DNA from: Deltaproteobacteria bacterium
GTDB lineage: Bacteria; Myxococcota_A; Polyangia; Fen-1088
DNA: 64,000 nucleotides
NCBI GenBank assembly: GCA_033763315.1
Contig: JANRKS010000019.1
Coordinates: 64,001-128,000, forward strand
Direction of reading: 5' to 3'
The notes under the pieces are model-generated. The model was not told the DNA's origin. It ran no database searches and was given only the letters and a program-made list of their open reading frames with translations. A program made the position numbers and the translations under genes. Below are positions 10,320-19,274 of the stretch, piece by piece. The stretch's first letter is position 1, and each line of letters begins with the position of its first letter.

Positions 10320-11396
10320 CTAATTGCCGTACATCTGATACGCCTGCCACGCCTTCTCTTGCAGGAAGCGCGCGGTGTCAGCGTCGATGCCGCTTATGAA
10401 GGGATTGCCCACGGGGGATTTGCCTGTGAGCACGGCATAAAACACGCAAGCGCAGGCGTATCCACCCATTGAAGACGGGTGAAATTTATCCGCGTCCCAA
10501 AACGCGAGGTTGGGCCGTTCTTTGAGCGCCAATAACCAAGAGGCGCTGGCAGGAACGAACACCGCGCCGTTGTCCTTGGCGATCTTTTTATAGGCCAAGA
10601 TTAACGCTTCCCAATCCGTGCGCTTGTCTTGCTCTGGCCAGATCGCCCACACAACAGGCACCTGGCCAGCTTTTTTGATCTCGTCGATGAAGCGTTTGCC
10701 GTAATCGCTGGCCACGTCCATCCCATAAGTGCCTTCGCCCGTGGCCATGTTGATCTCAGCTTTGGCCGTGGGATGCAGCATGAAATCCTGCAAAACCACG
10801 TGCGTGTAAGCTTTGCTGCGGATGAGTTGCAGCGTGTTGCCGCCGCTGACGTTGTTTCCGAAGTTCCAGTGAAAGTACAGGCCGCGATACCAGTTGACCG
10901 AAAGCTCGGATTTGTTCACTTTGATGGTGGTCTGGCCCTGGTTCACGACGTTCTTCGTTTTGTCGGCGATGCCGCTGTTGAAGGTGAAGCTGTTGCCGAT
11001 GAACAGCATGTTCCATGGTTTGCTGGGATCGCCCGTGAAGACACCTCCACCGGCGCCACCCATCGCGCCACCCGTGCCGCCCGCGGCCGCGCCTATGCCG
11101 CCGGCGCCACCAGTGCCTCCTGTGGATGAAGAGCCTCCGGCGCCGCCTATGCCGCCACCGGAGCCACCAGACGCGGCGCCTGCGCTGCCACCACCCGCGG
11201 CGCCACCTGGGGTGCCGCTTCCACCGCTGCCGCCGCCGCCGCCCTCGGCGGGTCCTTCGCCACCATCGCCCCCGGCGGCTTCACCACCGTTGCCGCCGCA
11301 GTCCGCGCCGTCGTCACACTCGCTGGTGGATGACGAACCACCGCACGCGAGCAAACCAAAGGTAATGCATAAACTACAAGCAAATCTTCGGATCAT
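10320..11396 (-). CDS. Lipoprotein with Gly-rich linker and C-terminal SGNH/GDSL-like hydrolase domain
   Basis: Lipobox LLAC; about 90 aa Gly/Ala/Ser linker; FIGNSFT and DKFHPS catalytic-type blocks. Confidence 0.75.
   Translation of the reverse strand: MIRRFACSLCITFGLLACGGSSSTSECDDGADCGGNGGEAAGGDGGEGPAEGGGGGSGGSGTPGGAAGGGSAGAASGGSGGGIGGAGGSSSTGGTGGAGGIGAAAGGTGGAMGGAGGGVFTGDPSKPWNMLFIGNSFTFNSGIADKTKNVVNQGQTTIKVNKSELSVNWYRGLYFHWNFGNNVSGGNTLQLIRSKAYTHVVLQDFMLHPTAKAEINMATGEGTYGMDVASDYGKRFIDEIKKAGQVPVVWAIWPEQDKRTDWEALILAYKKIAKDNGAVFVPASASWLLALKERPNLAFWDADKFHPSSMGGYACACVFYAVLTGKSPVGNPFISGIDADTARFLQEKAWQAYQMYGN
11045..11300 (-). repeat. Low-complexity Gly-rich coding repeat (GGxGG units)
   Basis: Runs of ccgccg/ccacc encoding GGAGG/GGSGG/GGTGG within the 10320..11396 ORF; boundaries approximate. 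Confidence 0.8.
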
Positions 11397-11510
11397 TTCG
11401 GCCTCCGTCTGATCAGACTAGGCAGAAAAGATCGGGTAAATCTGCGTGAAGTTATAGACGTATCGCCGAGCCTGTCAGGACTAACAGCTCGAACATGGCG
11501 AAAGTGCCGC

Positions 11511-12887
11511 TCAACCGAGCTGCGTCAGAGGTCCCTTGCCCGGATCATTGGTGCCGAACGTGTCGACGTTCATGCCAAACGCTTTGCAGATCGAAGTGAG
11601 CAATCGTTGGTGCACCACCCACTGCGCCGATTGCGCCGGGCTGCCCATTTGGTTGGGGTGCGGCAGTGAGATCAGCCGTCCTGTTTTGAAGGCAAAGTTG
11701 CTACCGCCCGCCATCCACAGCGGAAAGCGCCAATGTTGATGAGCGCCCACCTCCAATGATTGCCCTGTGGTGGTGTCAGAGCCAAACAGGATCAAGGTGT
11801 TGTCCAACATGGTTCCGTTGCCCTCCTTGACGGCTTCCATCTTGGCAAACAGGTGCGCCCAACGATCGGCGTACCAACGATCGATCTTCTTGTGGTTGTC
11901 CACCACGCCGGCCGCGCCTTTTGTGTCGCCTACCGCGTGCGTGGTGTCGTGGTGGTTGATACCAGGGATCTCGTCCAAGCCGCCGTCGCAATGTCCAAGC
12001 TGCAGCGACGCCACGCGGGTAAGGTCGCAAGTGAATGCAGCGGTAATCACGTCCATCTGCGCTTCGACTTTTGCCGCCAACGTTCCACTGGCCGGCTTGG
12101 CGGGCACACTTGTGCAGCCCGTGGTGACCGCGCCTGTGCTCCCTGTGGCTTGCGTCAAACGTGACTCCAACATGCGAATGCTGTCCATGTGCGAGGCGCA
12201 CTTCTGCTTATCTTCCGACCCCGCAGACGCACAAATTCGATCCATGTCACCTTTGACCAAATCGATCACGCTTTGCTTTTGCTTGCGCGCTCGTTCAATG
12301 GCCGTGGTGTCGAGCACCGGCGCCCCACCGGGTGAGAAGCCCTTGAACACCATATCGAAGGCGGCGCTTGGATCGTTCTGCGCGTTTACGGGCGTTTGCG
12401 CCTTTGAATAGAAGCACGATGAATGCCCACTGGGGCTGGGTGCGTTCACGCCCAACGCGAGATGGCGAAACTTCGTAGGAGTTTGTCCGTAAACGTGATC
12501 TGCGACGGCTTGGTCAACCGAAGGGCCCGTGGAAAAGTTTGCCTTCTTCGAGCCGGTGAACACCATGGCCTGCCCCGAACCATGTTCGTTGTCGTCATCC
12601 GGGAAGAACCATTGCGCTCCGTACAGCATCAAGCCGTCGAGGTACAGCAGCTTGCTCTTGTATGGGTTTAGCGCGGTCATGGTTTCGCCCAGGGTAAAGT
12701 CGGTGGCTGTGCCCTTGGGCCAGAATGAGTTTTCCAGATATCCCATGGGGGAGAACACCACCAATAGGCGTTTCGGCGGCTCGGCCGCGCGCACCGAGGC
12801 CGGAACGAAAGGTGCCAAGCGGCTGGCTGCACCAGCACTGGCGAGCGCCGCCAACAGCTTCCGTCGTGAAAGTCCGAAGTGGTTCAT
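11511..12887 (-). CDS. DUF1552 (HXXSHH-type) family protein with Tat signal
   Basis: SRRKLL twin-arginine; SVDQAVA, CDLTRVAS, HHDTTH, EGNGTMLDNT, GGxxFKTGR motifs; directly downstream of a DUF1592 gene. Confidence 0.85.
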   Translation of the reverse strand: MNHFGLSRRKLLAALASAGAASRLAPFVPASVRAAEPPKRLLVVFSPMGYLENSFWPKGTATDFTLGETMTALNPYKSKLLYLDGLMLYGAQWFFPDDDNEHGSGQAMVFTGSKKANFSTGPSVDQAVADHVYGQTPTKFRHLALGVNAPSPSGHSSCFYSKAQTPVNAQNDPSAAFDMVFKGFSPGGAPVLDTTAIERARKQKQSVIDLVKGDMDRICASAGSEDKQKCASHMDSIRMLESRLTQATGSTGAVTTGCTSVPAKPASGTLAAKVEAQMDVITAAFTCDLTRVASLQLGHCDGGLDEIPGINHHDTTHAVGDTKGAAGVVDNHKKIDRWYADRWAHLFAKMEAVKEGNGTMLDNTLILFGSDTTTGQSLEVGAHQHWRFPLWMAGGSNFAFKTGRLISLPHPNQMGSPAQSAQWVVHQRLLTSICKAFGMNVDTFGTNDPGKGPLTQLG

Positions 12888-12888
12888 G

Positions 12889-14559
12889 TCATTGCCCTCG
12901 GCGGTTGCGGAAAGAATCGCTTGAAACCAGCGACAAAATGGCGTCCTTCAAGTTGCCTTTGCCGTCAAGCAAGGCCTGCTGGATTTGCCCCTCGGTGCAC
13001 GCGTCTTCCGTTTCCGGATCACGCGCCAGTGCGAACCGGAACCACTGGGTGCCCAAGCACGACCGCACCTCTGTCATCGTTGAGAGCGCACGCAACATCT
13101 CTTGGGTGTCACCAAAGCTCGGCTCACCATCAATGCCGATAAACTGCCCCGAAGAGTTTATGTCGGTGCCATCGGCATTTTTCGCCTTCCAACGGCCAAT
13201 GAGATCGTAGTGCTCGAAGCCGAACCCGATGGGATCCATCAACTCGTGACAACCCTTGCATGTGGGGTTTTCTTGGTGGACGCGAAGCAACTCTTGCTGC
13301 GTTAACTGATCGGCATTGGGTGGAGGCTCGAACTTCACGGCGACGTTGGGTGGTGGCACTGGCGTGCACAGCAGCTCGCGACGCACGAGGTGGCCGCGAA
13401 TGACGGCAGCGTATTTTGTGGGCACATGGGGAGAAGACGCCTGCACACCCGCCAACGTCAACAAACCCATGCGCGATCCGTCGCGGACCTCCGCGCGCCC
13501 TTCGGCGTCTGCCTTGGCGTCCGGGCCGTAGACTTTAGCCAGCGGGCCGAAGGGGAACACATAGGGCGCCGACAACAGTTCTTCCACCGTGCCGCTGCCC
13601 TTGGTGAGCACATAGTTTACGAACTTCGTAGGCTCGTCCGCCATGGCGGCCCGCATGACGTCGTCAAAGTCGGGGAACTTGCCTGCTTCCTTGGTCACCA
13701 CCCCCGAACGGGTAAGGGCGTCAAAGCCCAGCAACTGCACATGGAATTTCGCAGCCGTGTCGACGAACCTCGTCGTACTCATCAAGCGGTCAGCTTGTTC
13801 GCGGATGCCGTCCACGGTTGACAACTTGCCGGCCTTGGCCGCCGCGAACAAAGGCGCGTCGGGCATGGTGCCGGTCAGTGTGTACGACAGACGCGTGGCC
13901 ACTTCATAGTCGGTCAGTTTCGCCAATCCGCTTTTGCTGCTTTCGCCTTGCTCCACGAGGTAAAGAAAGCTTGGTGACTGCAGTGACGCTTCCACCACCA
14001 ATCGGATACCAGTAGCGAAGCTTTCTTCTTTGCCCACAGTGTAGAGCTTCGTGAACGCTGCTTCTTCCGCCGACGTCAACGGACGACGGAAGGCGCGTGC
14101 GCCGAAGGTCTTGATGAACTCAGTGGCGCATTTGTCTTCGCCGGTGGCTTTCGTGTCGCAGTTGATCAGGGTCGCAAGGTTCGCAACCGCCTTGCTGGCC
14201 AGGCCTTCGGCTGTTGTGCTGTATTTTTCAACATCCGTGTCCTGTGGAGGTAGCTCTGTGTTGGTGGCGAAAGGGCCCGTCGTGGTGTCGAGCAAGAAGC
14301 CTTTGGTGTCGGGCTGAAATCCCAGCAGATCTCTCACGGTCGCTTCGTATTGAGCCGTCGTGAGGCGGCGCCATTTGCCCGCGCCAACATTTGCGCCGCT
14401 CTTGCAGGCTCGTTCGACATCAATGGGACCTGGCGCGGCTCCTGGAGGGCTGGCGCCTGCTTCGCCTCCTTGACCGTCGTCCTGTGCCACCGAGCCTTGG
14501 CATCCGACTGAGGCGGCAGCGCACACCATCAAACTCAGTGCTGCATGAAACTGTTTCAC
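12889..14559 (-). CDS. DUF1587/1595/1592/1588/1585 multi-domain lipoprotein with CxxCH
   Basis: Lipobox SVGC; RRLTxxQYxxTVRDLLG, RAFRRPL, LQSPSFLY, YEVATRLSY, CKGCH, DPIGFGFEHYD. Confidence 0.88.
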   Translation of the reverse strand: MKQFHAALSLMVCAAASVGCQGSVAQDDGQGGEAGASPPGAAPGPIDVERACKSGANVGAGKWRRLTTAQYEATVRDLLGFQPDTKGFLLDTTTGPFATNTELPPQDTDVEKYSTTAEGLASKAVANLATLINCDTKATGEDKCATEFIKTFGARAFRRPLTSAEEAAFTKLYTVGKEESFATGIRLVVEASLQSPSFLYLVEQGESSKSGLAKLTDYEVATRLSYTLTGTMPDAPLFAAAKAGKLSTVDGIREQADRLMSTTRFVDTAAKFHVQLLGFDALTRSGVVTKEAGKFPDFDDVMRAAMADEPTKFVNYVLTKGSGTVEELLSAPYVFPFGPLAKVYGPDAKADAEGRAEVRDGSRMGLLTLAGVQASSPHVPTKYAAVIRGHLVRRELLCTPVPPPNVAVKFEPPPNADQLTQQELLRVHQENPTCKGCHELMDPIGFGFEHYDLIGRWKAKNADGTDINSSGQFIGIDGEPSFGDTQEMLRALSTMTEVRSCLGTQWFRFALARDPETEDACTEGQIQQALLDGKGNLKDAILSLVSSDSFRNRRGQ

Positions 14560-14645
14560 AGCGACTCCTTCTGAACACGTGACCGGTCAGGCCCGTCGAC
14601 GACCAAACAGGCCTTCGCGTGTTAGAATGGAAGTTTTCTAACGAC

Positions 14646-14676
14646 TTAGGCATCGTCCAAAAGGACGATCGCCTAA
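14646..14676. promoter_or_regulatory. Inverted repeat (hairpin or operator) between lipid kinase and DUF1592 genes
   Basis: TTAGGC-ATCGTCC-AAAA-GGACGAT-C-GCCTAA. Confidence 0.55.
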
Positions 14677-14694
14677 AACCGTAGGTAAAGTGAC

Positions 14695-15663
14695 CTACGC
14701 GCGCAGCATCAAAGCCGCTGGTATCACTTCCCACGTTGCGGGCAATGTCCCCGGCGTTTCGCCGTCGACCTCCACAGGGGCGGCCGCTTGCCCCTCGGCG
14801 GGCGCCACGGACACGCACCGGATCTGTCGCCCATCCACGCGATCGATCTTGAGGTGAGTGCCATCGTACAAACGGTGAATCTTTGTGGCGATCGCGCCCA
14901 GACCCAGATCTCCCACCACCACAAACTGCAGTGATCCGCTGTCGAGGACCGCGTCGGGGCAGATCTTCATACCCCCGCCGAAGAAGCGGCCATTGCCTAT
15001 AGCCCCCAACAACACCGTGCGCCGCAGTGGGGCAGCGTCATCGATGCTTACCTGCACATCGAGGTTGCTGTAGCCAAACACCGTGCGGACGGTGGCCCCT
15101 AGGAACGCGCTACGGGCCCCCAGCTTTTTGCTGGAAGCGTTGGCCTTGCTGGCGACAGACGCTGAAAAGCCGAACGACGATACATTCACGAAGTAACGGC
15201 TGGCAGGTTGGCCGCTGTGGTCGACGTACTTGACCAAGCCCACGTCAACGGGCTTTGCCTGGCTTTGAGCGATGCGGCGTCCTGCCTTTGTGAAATCGTG
15301 GGGTAGGTCGAGCGTTCGCCGAAAATCGCCGCCGGTGCCGCGCGGCAACAGAGCCACCTCGGTGGTTCGCGGGGCGCCCGCCGCCATCAGTCCGTTGACG
15401 ACTTCGTTGAGCGTGCCGTCGCCGCCCACGGCCACCACCAGGTGGCGGCCAGCGAGGGCGGCCTCACGCGCCAACTCCTGCGCGTGGTCGGGCCGCTCGG
15501 TCATCTGCGTGTCAAAGGGGCCCAAGCCCTCGGCAACCGCCCCGGCCAAGCGGGCCCAGCGCGATTCCGACAAGCCGCCGCCGGAGCGGGGGTTCACGAT
15601 AAGTAGGGGGCGGTCGAGTGCCATGCGGGGAGGGGGGGTGGGGGCGGACCTTAGCATCTTCAC
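14695..15663 (-). CDS. Diacylglycerol/lipid kinase, YegS/DagK family
   Basis: NPRSG, GGDGTLNE, PRGTGGDF, NGRFFGGG, VDGE motifs; exact start uncertain. Confidence 0.9.
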   Translation of the reverse strand: MKMLRSAPTPPPRMALDRPLLIVNPRSGGGLSESRWARLAGAVAEGLGPFDTQMTERPDHAQELAREAALAGRHLVVAVGGDGTLNEVVNGLMAAGAPRTTEVALLPRGTGGDFRRTLDLPHDFTKAGRRIAQSQAKPVDVGLVKYVDHSGQPASRYFVNVSSFGFSASVASKANASSKKLGARSAFLGATVRTVFGYSNLDVQVSIDDAAPLRRTVLLGAIGNGRFFGGGMKICPDAVLDSGSLQFVVVGDLGLGAIATKIHRLYDGTHLKIDRVDGRQIRCVSVAPAEGQAAAPVEVDGETPGTLPATWEVIPAALMLRA

Positions 15664-15758
15664 CCGAGGCCCAAAAGCGTTTGTGAGGGCGCGGGGAGGC
15701 GAAGATTTTTGCGTGCCCCCGCCTCAAGCTTGCGGGGGTTTGTCTCGATTTTAATCTC

Positions 15759-16235
15759 ATGACCAACGTTGAGGCGTTGCTCACTGTTGAATCGGGCCGC
15801 GTGCCCGAAGGTGTGCAGGTGTTTGTGGAGCAGAACCCGGAGGCCGGCAGGCTGCGGGGTTGGCTTTTCATGTCGGCGTTCTTGGCCTTGGTGGCGGCCG
15901 TCACCGGGGTGCAGGGGGGCGAGCCGTGGGGCGTGGTGGCCATCGCTTTGTTTGCGGCGATGGCGGGCGTGATGGCGATCCCCACACGCGCGGAGGAGCC
16001 GTGGAAGCCGCGCGTGCTCCTGCTGTGCCAAAAGGGCCTGATCGTGCGCGAGCCGTGGGGCTTACGTAACTGGCGCTATGACGAACTTAGCCGCCCGTAC
16101 TTGTTGTTCGTTGACGGTGAACAACAGCTTTGTCTTGAGGCCAAAGACGGCGAGGTGCATTTGATTGACCATCTGAGCTTTCGCAACGGCGCTCGTCTGC
16201 GCGACCTTTTGGAACAGCGTATTCGCGGGTCTTAA
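15759..16235 (+). CDS. Hypothetical two-TM membrane protein with small C-terminal beta domain
   Basis: 158 aa ORF with two hydrophobic segments; fills the gap upstream of the co-oriented DMT gene. Confidence 0.6.
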   Translation: MTNVEALLTVESGRVPEGVQVFVEQNPEAGRLRGWLFMSAFLALVAAVTGVQGGEPWGVVAIALFAAMAGVMAIPTRAEEPWKPRVLLLCQKGLIVREPWGLRNWRYDELSRPYLLFVDGEQQLCLEAKDGEVHLIDHLSFRNGARLRDLLEQRIRGS

Positions 16236-16260
16236 AGCACCCGCGTGATACAAGGTCGAA

Positions 16261-17130
16261 GTGCTTCCTGGAATTGCCTTCGCCTTATTGACGAGCCTCA
16301 GCTGGGCGGTCGCAAACGTGTTTATCCAGCGCAGCGGCAAGATGATCGGAGCGCCGCGCGCCTTGCTTTACGCTCTGCTTGTGGGCGCCGCCGCATCCCT
16401 GGGTGCTGCGGTGTTCTTGGACCAACGGCCGGAGCCTTTGGCGGCGTCTCATCTGGGGTGGTTGGCGCTGGCGGGTGTTTCGGGGTTGTTGGGGTACGCG
16501 GGCATGTTCGCGGCGTTTGAGAAGGCGGATCTGACGGTATCGGTGCCGGTCGTCTCAAGCTGGTCGATGATTGCGGCGGCGTTTTCGGTGATCGTTTTGG
16601 GCGAACGTCCAGATCTACACCACTACGTGGGGGTGGGCCTGGTGTGTTTGGGCGTGATCGTGGTGGCCGTGGCGTCCACACGCGGTGCCAGCGACGAAGG
16701 CGGAGCGCGCAAGCGCGGGTTGTTCGCTGTGGTCGCCTCAGCCGCGGGGGCGGTGGGCTTTGGCATCATGATCCCGACGTTCGGTTTTGTGTCGCCGGCG
16801 TTGGGCGCCTTTGGGGCTTCGGCTGCCGTTTACCTGCTGTGCGTTTTGCTTGGCATCCCCTTGGCCCGCCTGCTTAAAGAGCCGCTCGGGTTGCCTCCGA
16901 GAGGGGCCTGGAAATTGGTGATCATCACCGGCTTGGCCGAAACGGTGGGTTTCGTTTCGGTGGCACTGGGCCGTCGGTACGCGCCCATCAGCGTTGTTGC
17001 GCCCGTTTCGTCTTTGGCGGCCACCTTCACGGTCATTTACGCCTGGGCGTTTCTTCACCAGCGACAAAGCCCGGCGGCACTGATTGGAGGCGTCCTGGTG
17101 TGCGCGGGGGTTGTGGTACTTGCCCTTTAG
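16261..17130 (+). CDS. DMT/EamA family transporter
   Basis: About 10 TM segments in two repeats, GER motif and VVAPVSS. Confidence 0.85.
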   Translation: MLPGIAFALLTSLSWAVANVFIQRSGKMIGAPRALLYALLVGAAASLGAAVFLDQRPEPLAASHLGWLALAGVSGLLGYAGMFAAFEKADLTVSVPVVSSWSMIAAAFSVIVLGERPDLHHYVGVGLVCLGVIVVAVASTRGASDEGGARKRGLFAVVASAAGAVGFGIMIPTFGFVSPALGAFGASAAVYLLCVLLGIPLARLLKEPLGLPPRGAWKLVIITGLAETVGFVSVALGRRYAPISVVAPVSSLAATFTVIYAWAFLHQRQSPAALIGGVLVCAGVVVLAL

Positions 17131-17147
17131 GATAACATTCGCGCCAC

Positions 17148-18827
17148 ATGGCTCCTCAGTACATCTTCACGATGCAGAAGTTGGGACGCGTTCACCCGCC
17201 CAACAAGCAAGTTCTTAAAGACATCTACTTGTCGTTTTACCCGGGCGCCAAAATCGGCGTTTTGGGCTCAAACGGCGCGGGAAAATCAACGCTGCTGCGA
17301 ATTATGGCCGGCGTTGATAAAGGCTTCATCGGCGAAGCCCGCCCCGCGGACGGGATCAAGATCGGCTACTTGCCGCAAGAGCCGCAATTGGATCCCAAGA
17401 AGAACGTTGTGCAGAACGTGGAGGACGCCGTGGCGCCCATCAAGAATCTGCTCAAGCGCTTCGACGAAGTGAACGCCAAGTTCGCCGAAGATATGACGCC
17501 CGAGCAGATGGACAAGCTGATGGAAGAGCAGGGCAAACTGCAAGACGCCATCGACGCCGCCAACGCGTGGGAACTCGACCGCACCCTTGAGATCGCGATG
17601 GACGCTTTGAGGTGCCCGCCCGCCGAAGCCGACGTCACGAAGCTTTCGGGGGGCGAGCGCCGCCGCGTGGCCTTGTGCAAAGTGCTGCTGGAAAAGCCTG
17701 ATCTACTGCTGCTCGACGAGCCCACCAACCATCTGGACGCCGAAAGCGTGGCGTGGCTTGAGCACCACTTGAAAGAATTTCCCGGCACCATCGTGGCCAT
17801 CACGCACGATCGTTACTTTTTGGACAACGTCGCGGGCTGGATCTTGGAGTTGGATCGCGGCGAAGGCATCCCCTGGCAGGGGAACTATTCGTCGTGGTTG
17901 GATCAAAAGCGCAAGCGCCTTGAGCAAGAAGAAAAGTCTGAATCTGCACGCCAGCGCACCTTGGCCCGCGAGCTTGAATGGGTGCAGGCGTCGCCGCGGG
18001 CGCGCCAAGCCAAGAGCAAGGCGCGTTTGGCAGCCTATGAAAGCATGCTGTCGCAGGAAAATGAAAAGCGTGAAGAAGCCATCGAAATTGGCATTCCACC
18101 GGGGCCCCGCTTGGGTGACGTGGTTGTCAAAGCGGAGGGGCTGCGCAAGGGGTACGGGGATCGCTTGTTGATCGAGAACCTCACGTTTACGTTGCCTCGC
18201 GGTGGCATCGTGGGGGTCATTGGGCCCAATGGCGCCGGTAAAACCACTTTGTTCCGTATGCTCACCGGTGAAGAAAAACCCGACGGCGGCAAGCTGATCG
18301 TGGGCGACACGGTAAAGTTGGCGTACGTGGATCAATCGCGTGAGACGCTCAAGCCCGACGCCACTGTGTTCGACGAGATCGCGCAGGGGGCGGACGTCTT
18401 GGAGATTGGCAAGCGCGAAGTGCCCACACGAGCCTACGTTGCCGGCTTCGGCTTCAAGGGCGGGGATCAGCAAAAGCGCATGAAGGATCTCTCAGGCGGC
18501 GAACGCAACCGCGTGAACCTGGCCAAGTTGCTGAGCTGTGGTTGCAACGTGTTGCTGCTCGACGAGCCCACGAACGATCTGGATGTGGATACGCTGCGTG
18601 CCTTGGAAGACGCTTTGTTGTCCTTCGCAGGCTGCGTGGTGGTGGTCAGCCACGATCGCTGGTTCTTGGATCGCATCGCCACCCACATGTTGGCTTTCGA
18701 GGGTGACAGCCAGGTGGTGTGGTTTGAAGGCAACTACCAAGACTATGAAGCCGACCGCAAACGCCGCTTGGGCGCCGAGGCGGCGCAGCCCCACCGCATC
18801 AAGTACAAGAAACTCACCCACGGGTGA
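17148..18827 (+). CDS. ettA: Energy-dependent translational throttle ABC-F protein
   Basis: Two ABC cassettes ([28 protein letters not shown]); N-terminus QYIFTM and C-terminus PHRIKYKKL typical of EttA. Confidence 0.95.
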   Translation: MAPQYIFTMQKLGRVHPPNKQVLKDIYLSFYPGAKIGVLGSNGAGKSTLLRIMAGVDKGFIGEARPADGIKIGYLPQEPQLDPKKNVVQNVEDAVAPIKNLLKRFDEVNAKFAEDMTPEQMDKLMEEQGKLQDAIDAANAWELDRTLEIAMDALRCPPAEADVTKLSGGERRRVALCKVLLEKPDLLLLDEPTNHLDAESVAWLEHHLKEFPGTIVAITHDRYFLDNVAGWILELDRGEGIPWQGNYSSWLDQKRKRLEQEEKSESARQRTLARELEWVQASPRARQAKSKARLAAYESMLSQENEKREEAIEIGIPPGPRLGDVVVKAEGLRKGYGDRLLIENLTFTLPRGGIVGVIGPNGAGKTTLFRMLTGEEKPDGGKLIVGDTVKLAYVDQSRETLKPDATVFDEIAQGADVLEIGKREVPTRAYVAGFGFKGGDQQKRMKDLSGGERNRVNLAKLLSCGCNVLLLDEPTNDLDVDTLRALEDALLSFAGCVVVVSHDRWFLDRIATHMLAFEGDSQVVWFEGNYQDYEADRKRRLGAEAAQPHRIKYKKLTHG

Positions 18828-18835
18828 GCTTGCGA

Positions 18836-18868
18836 GGGCGCCGTTGGCGACGAACGGCGCCCGTTTCA
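18836..18868 (+). terminator. Probable intrinsic terminator hairpin after ettA
   Basis: Perfect 10-bp stem GGGCGCCGTT/AACGGCGCCC, 7-nt loop, short GTTTC tail, 8 nt after the stop. Confidence 0.6.
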
Positions 18869-18903
18869 CTCGCGGCTTTTCATGACTGGCATCGCCCTGT
18901 AGG

Positions 18904-19188
18904 ATGAGCGCCATGATCTCACAGCAAGAGTTGGAGTCTGCCATTCGACGTTGGAAGGCCCGCCAAGCCGGCCAGGACTTCCAGGATGCAGAACCCACGG
19001 GTCAAGGTGCCACTGTGGTGGCGGTGGCCGCCTACGCCAGCGTTGAGCCCGAGTACGACGTGGACGAGGGCATGGCGTATGAAACCCAAAGCGTCGATGG
19101 CGGGGTGCCCGAGTACGTGCCGTCGATGAGCGACTCCTCGCTCATCGAACTCGATCCCGACGCCGGCGATCCAGACGACCGTCTGTAG
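18904..19188 (+). CDS. Small acidic hypothetical protein
   Basis: 94 aa; helical N-terminus ISQQELESAIRRWKARQ and D/E-rich tail. Confidence 0.6.
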   Translation: MSAMISQQELESAIRRWKARQAGQDFQDAEPTGQGATVVAVAAYASVEPEYDVDEGMAYETQSVDGGVPEYVPSMSDSSLIELDPDAGDPDDRL

Positions 19189-19274
19189 GCAAGGGGCGCC
19201 AAGCCGGCTGGTTCGAAACATAGCGCGAGAAGGCCTTAAAGAATGGGGCTTTCAAAGCCGATGACCCCTTGAGG

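Noticed and set aside
10894-11412. Pro-rich plus-strand ORF and apparent tandem repeats
   Set aside because: Mirror of the Gly-rich linker of the minus-strand lipoprotein; not a CRISPR array or separate gene
14571-14586. CTGAAC as a LexA box upstream of the DUF1592 gene
   Set aside because: Three mismatches in the second half of the consensus; insufficient support
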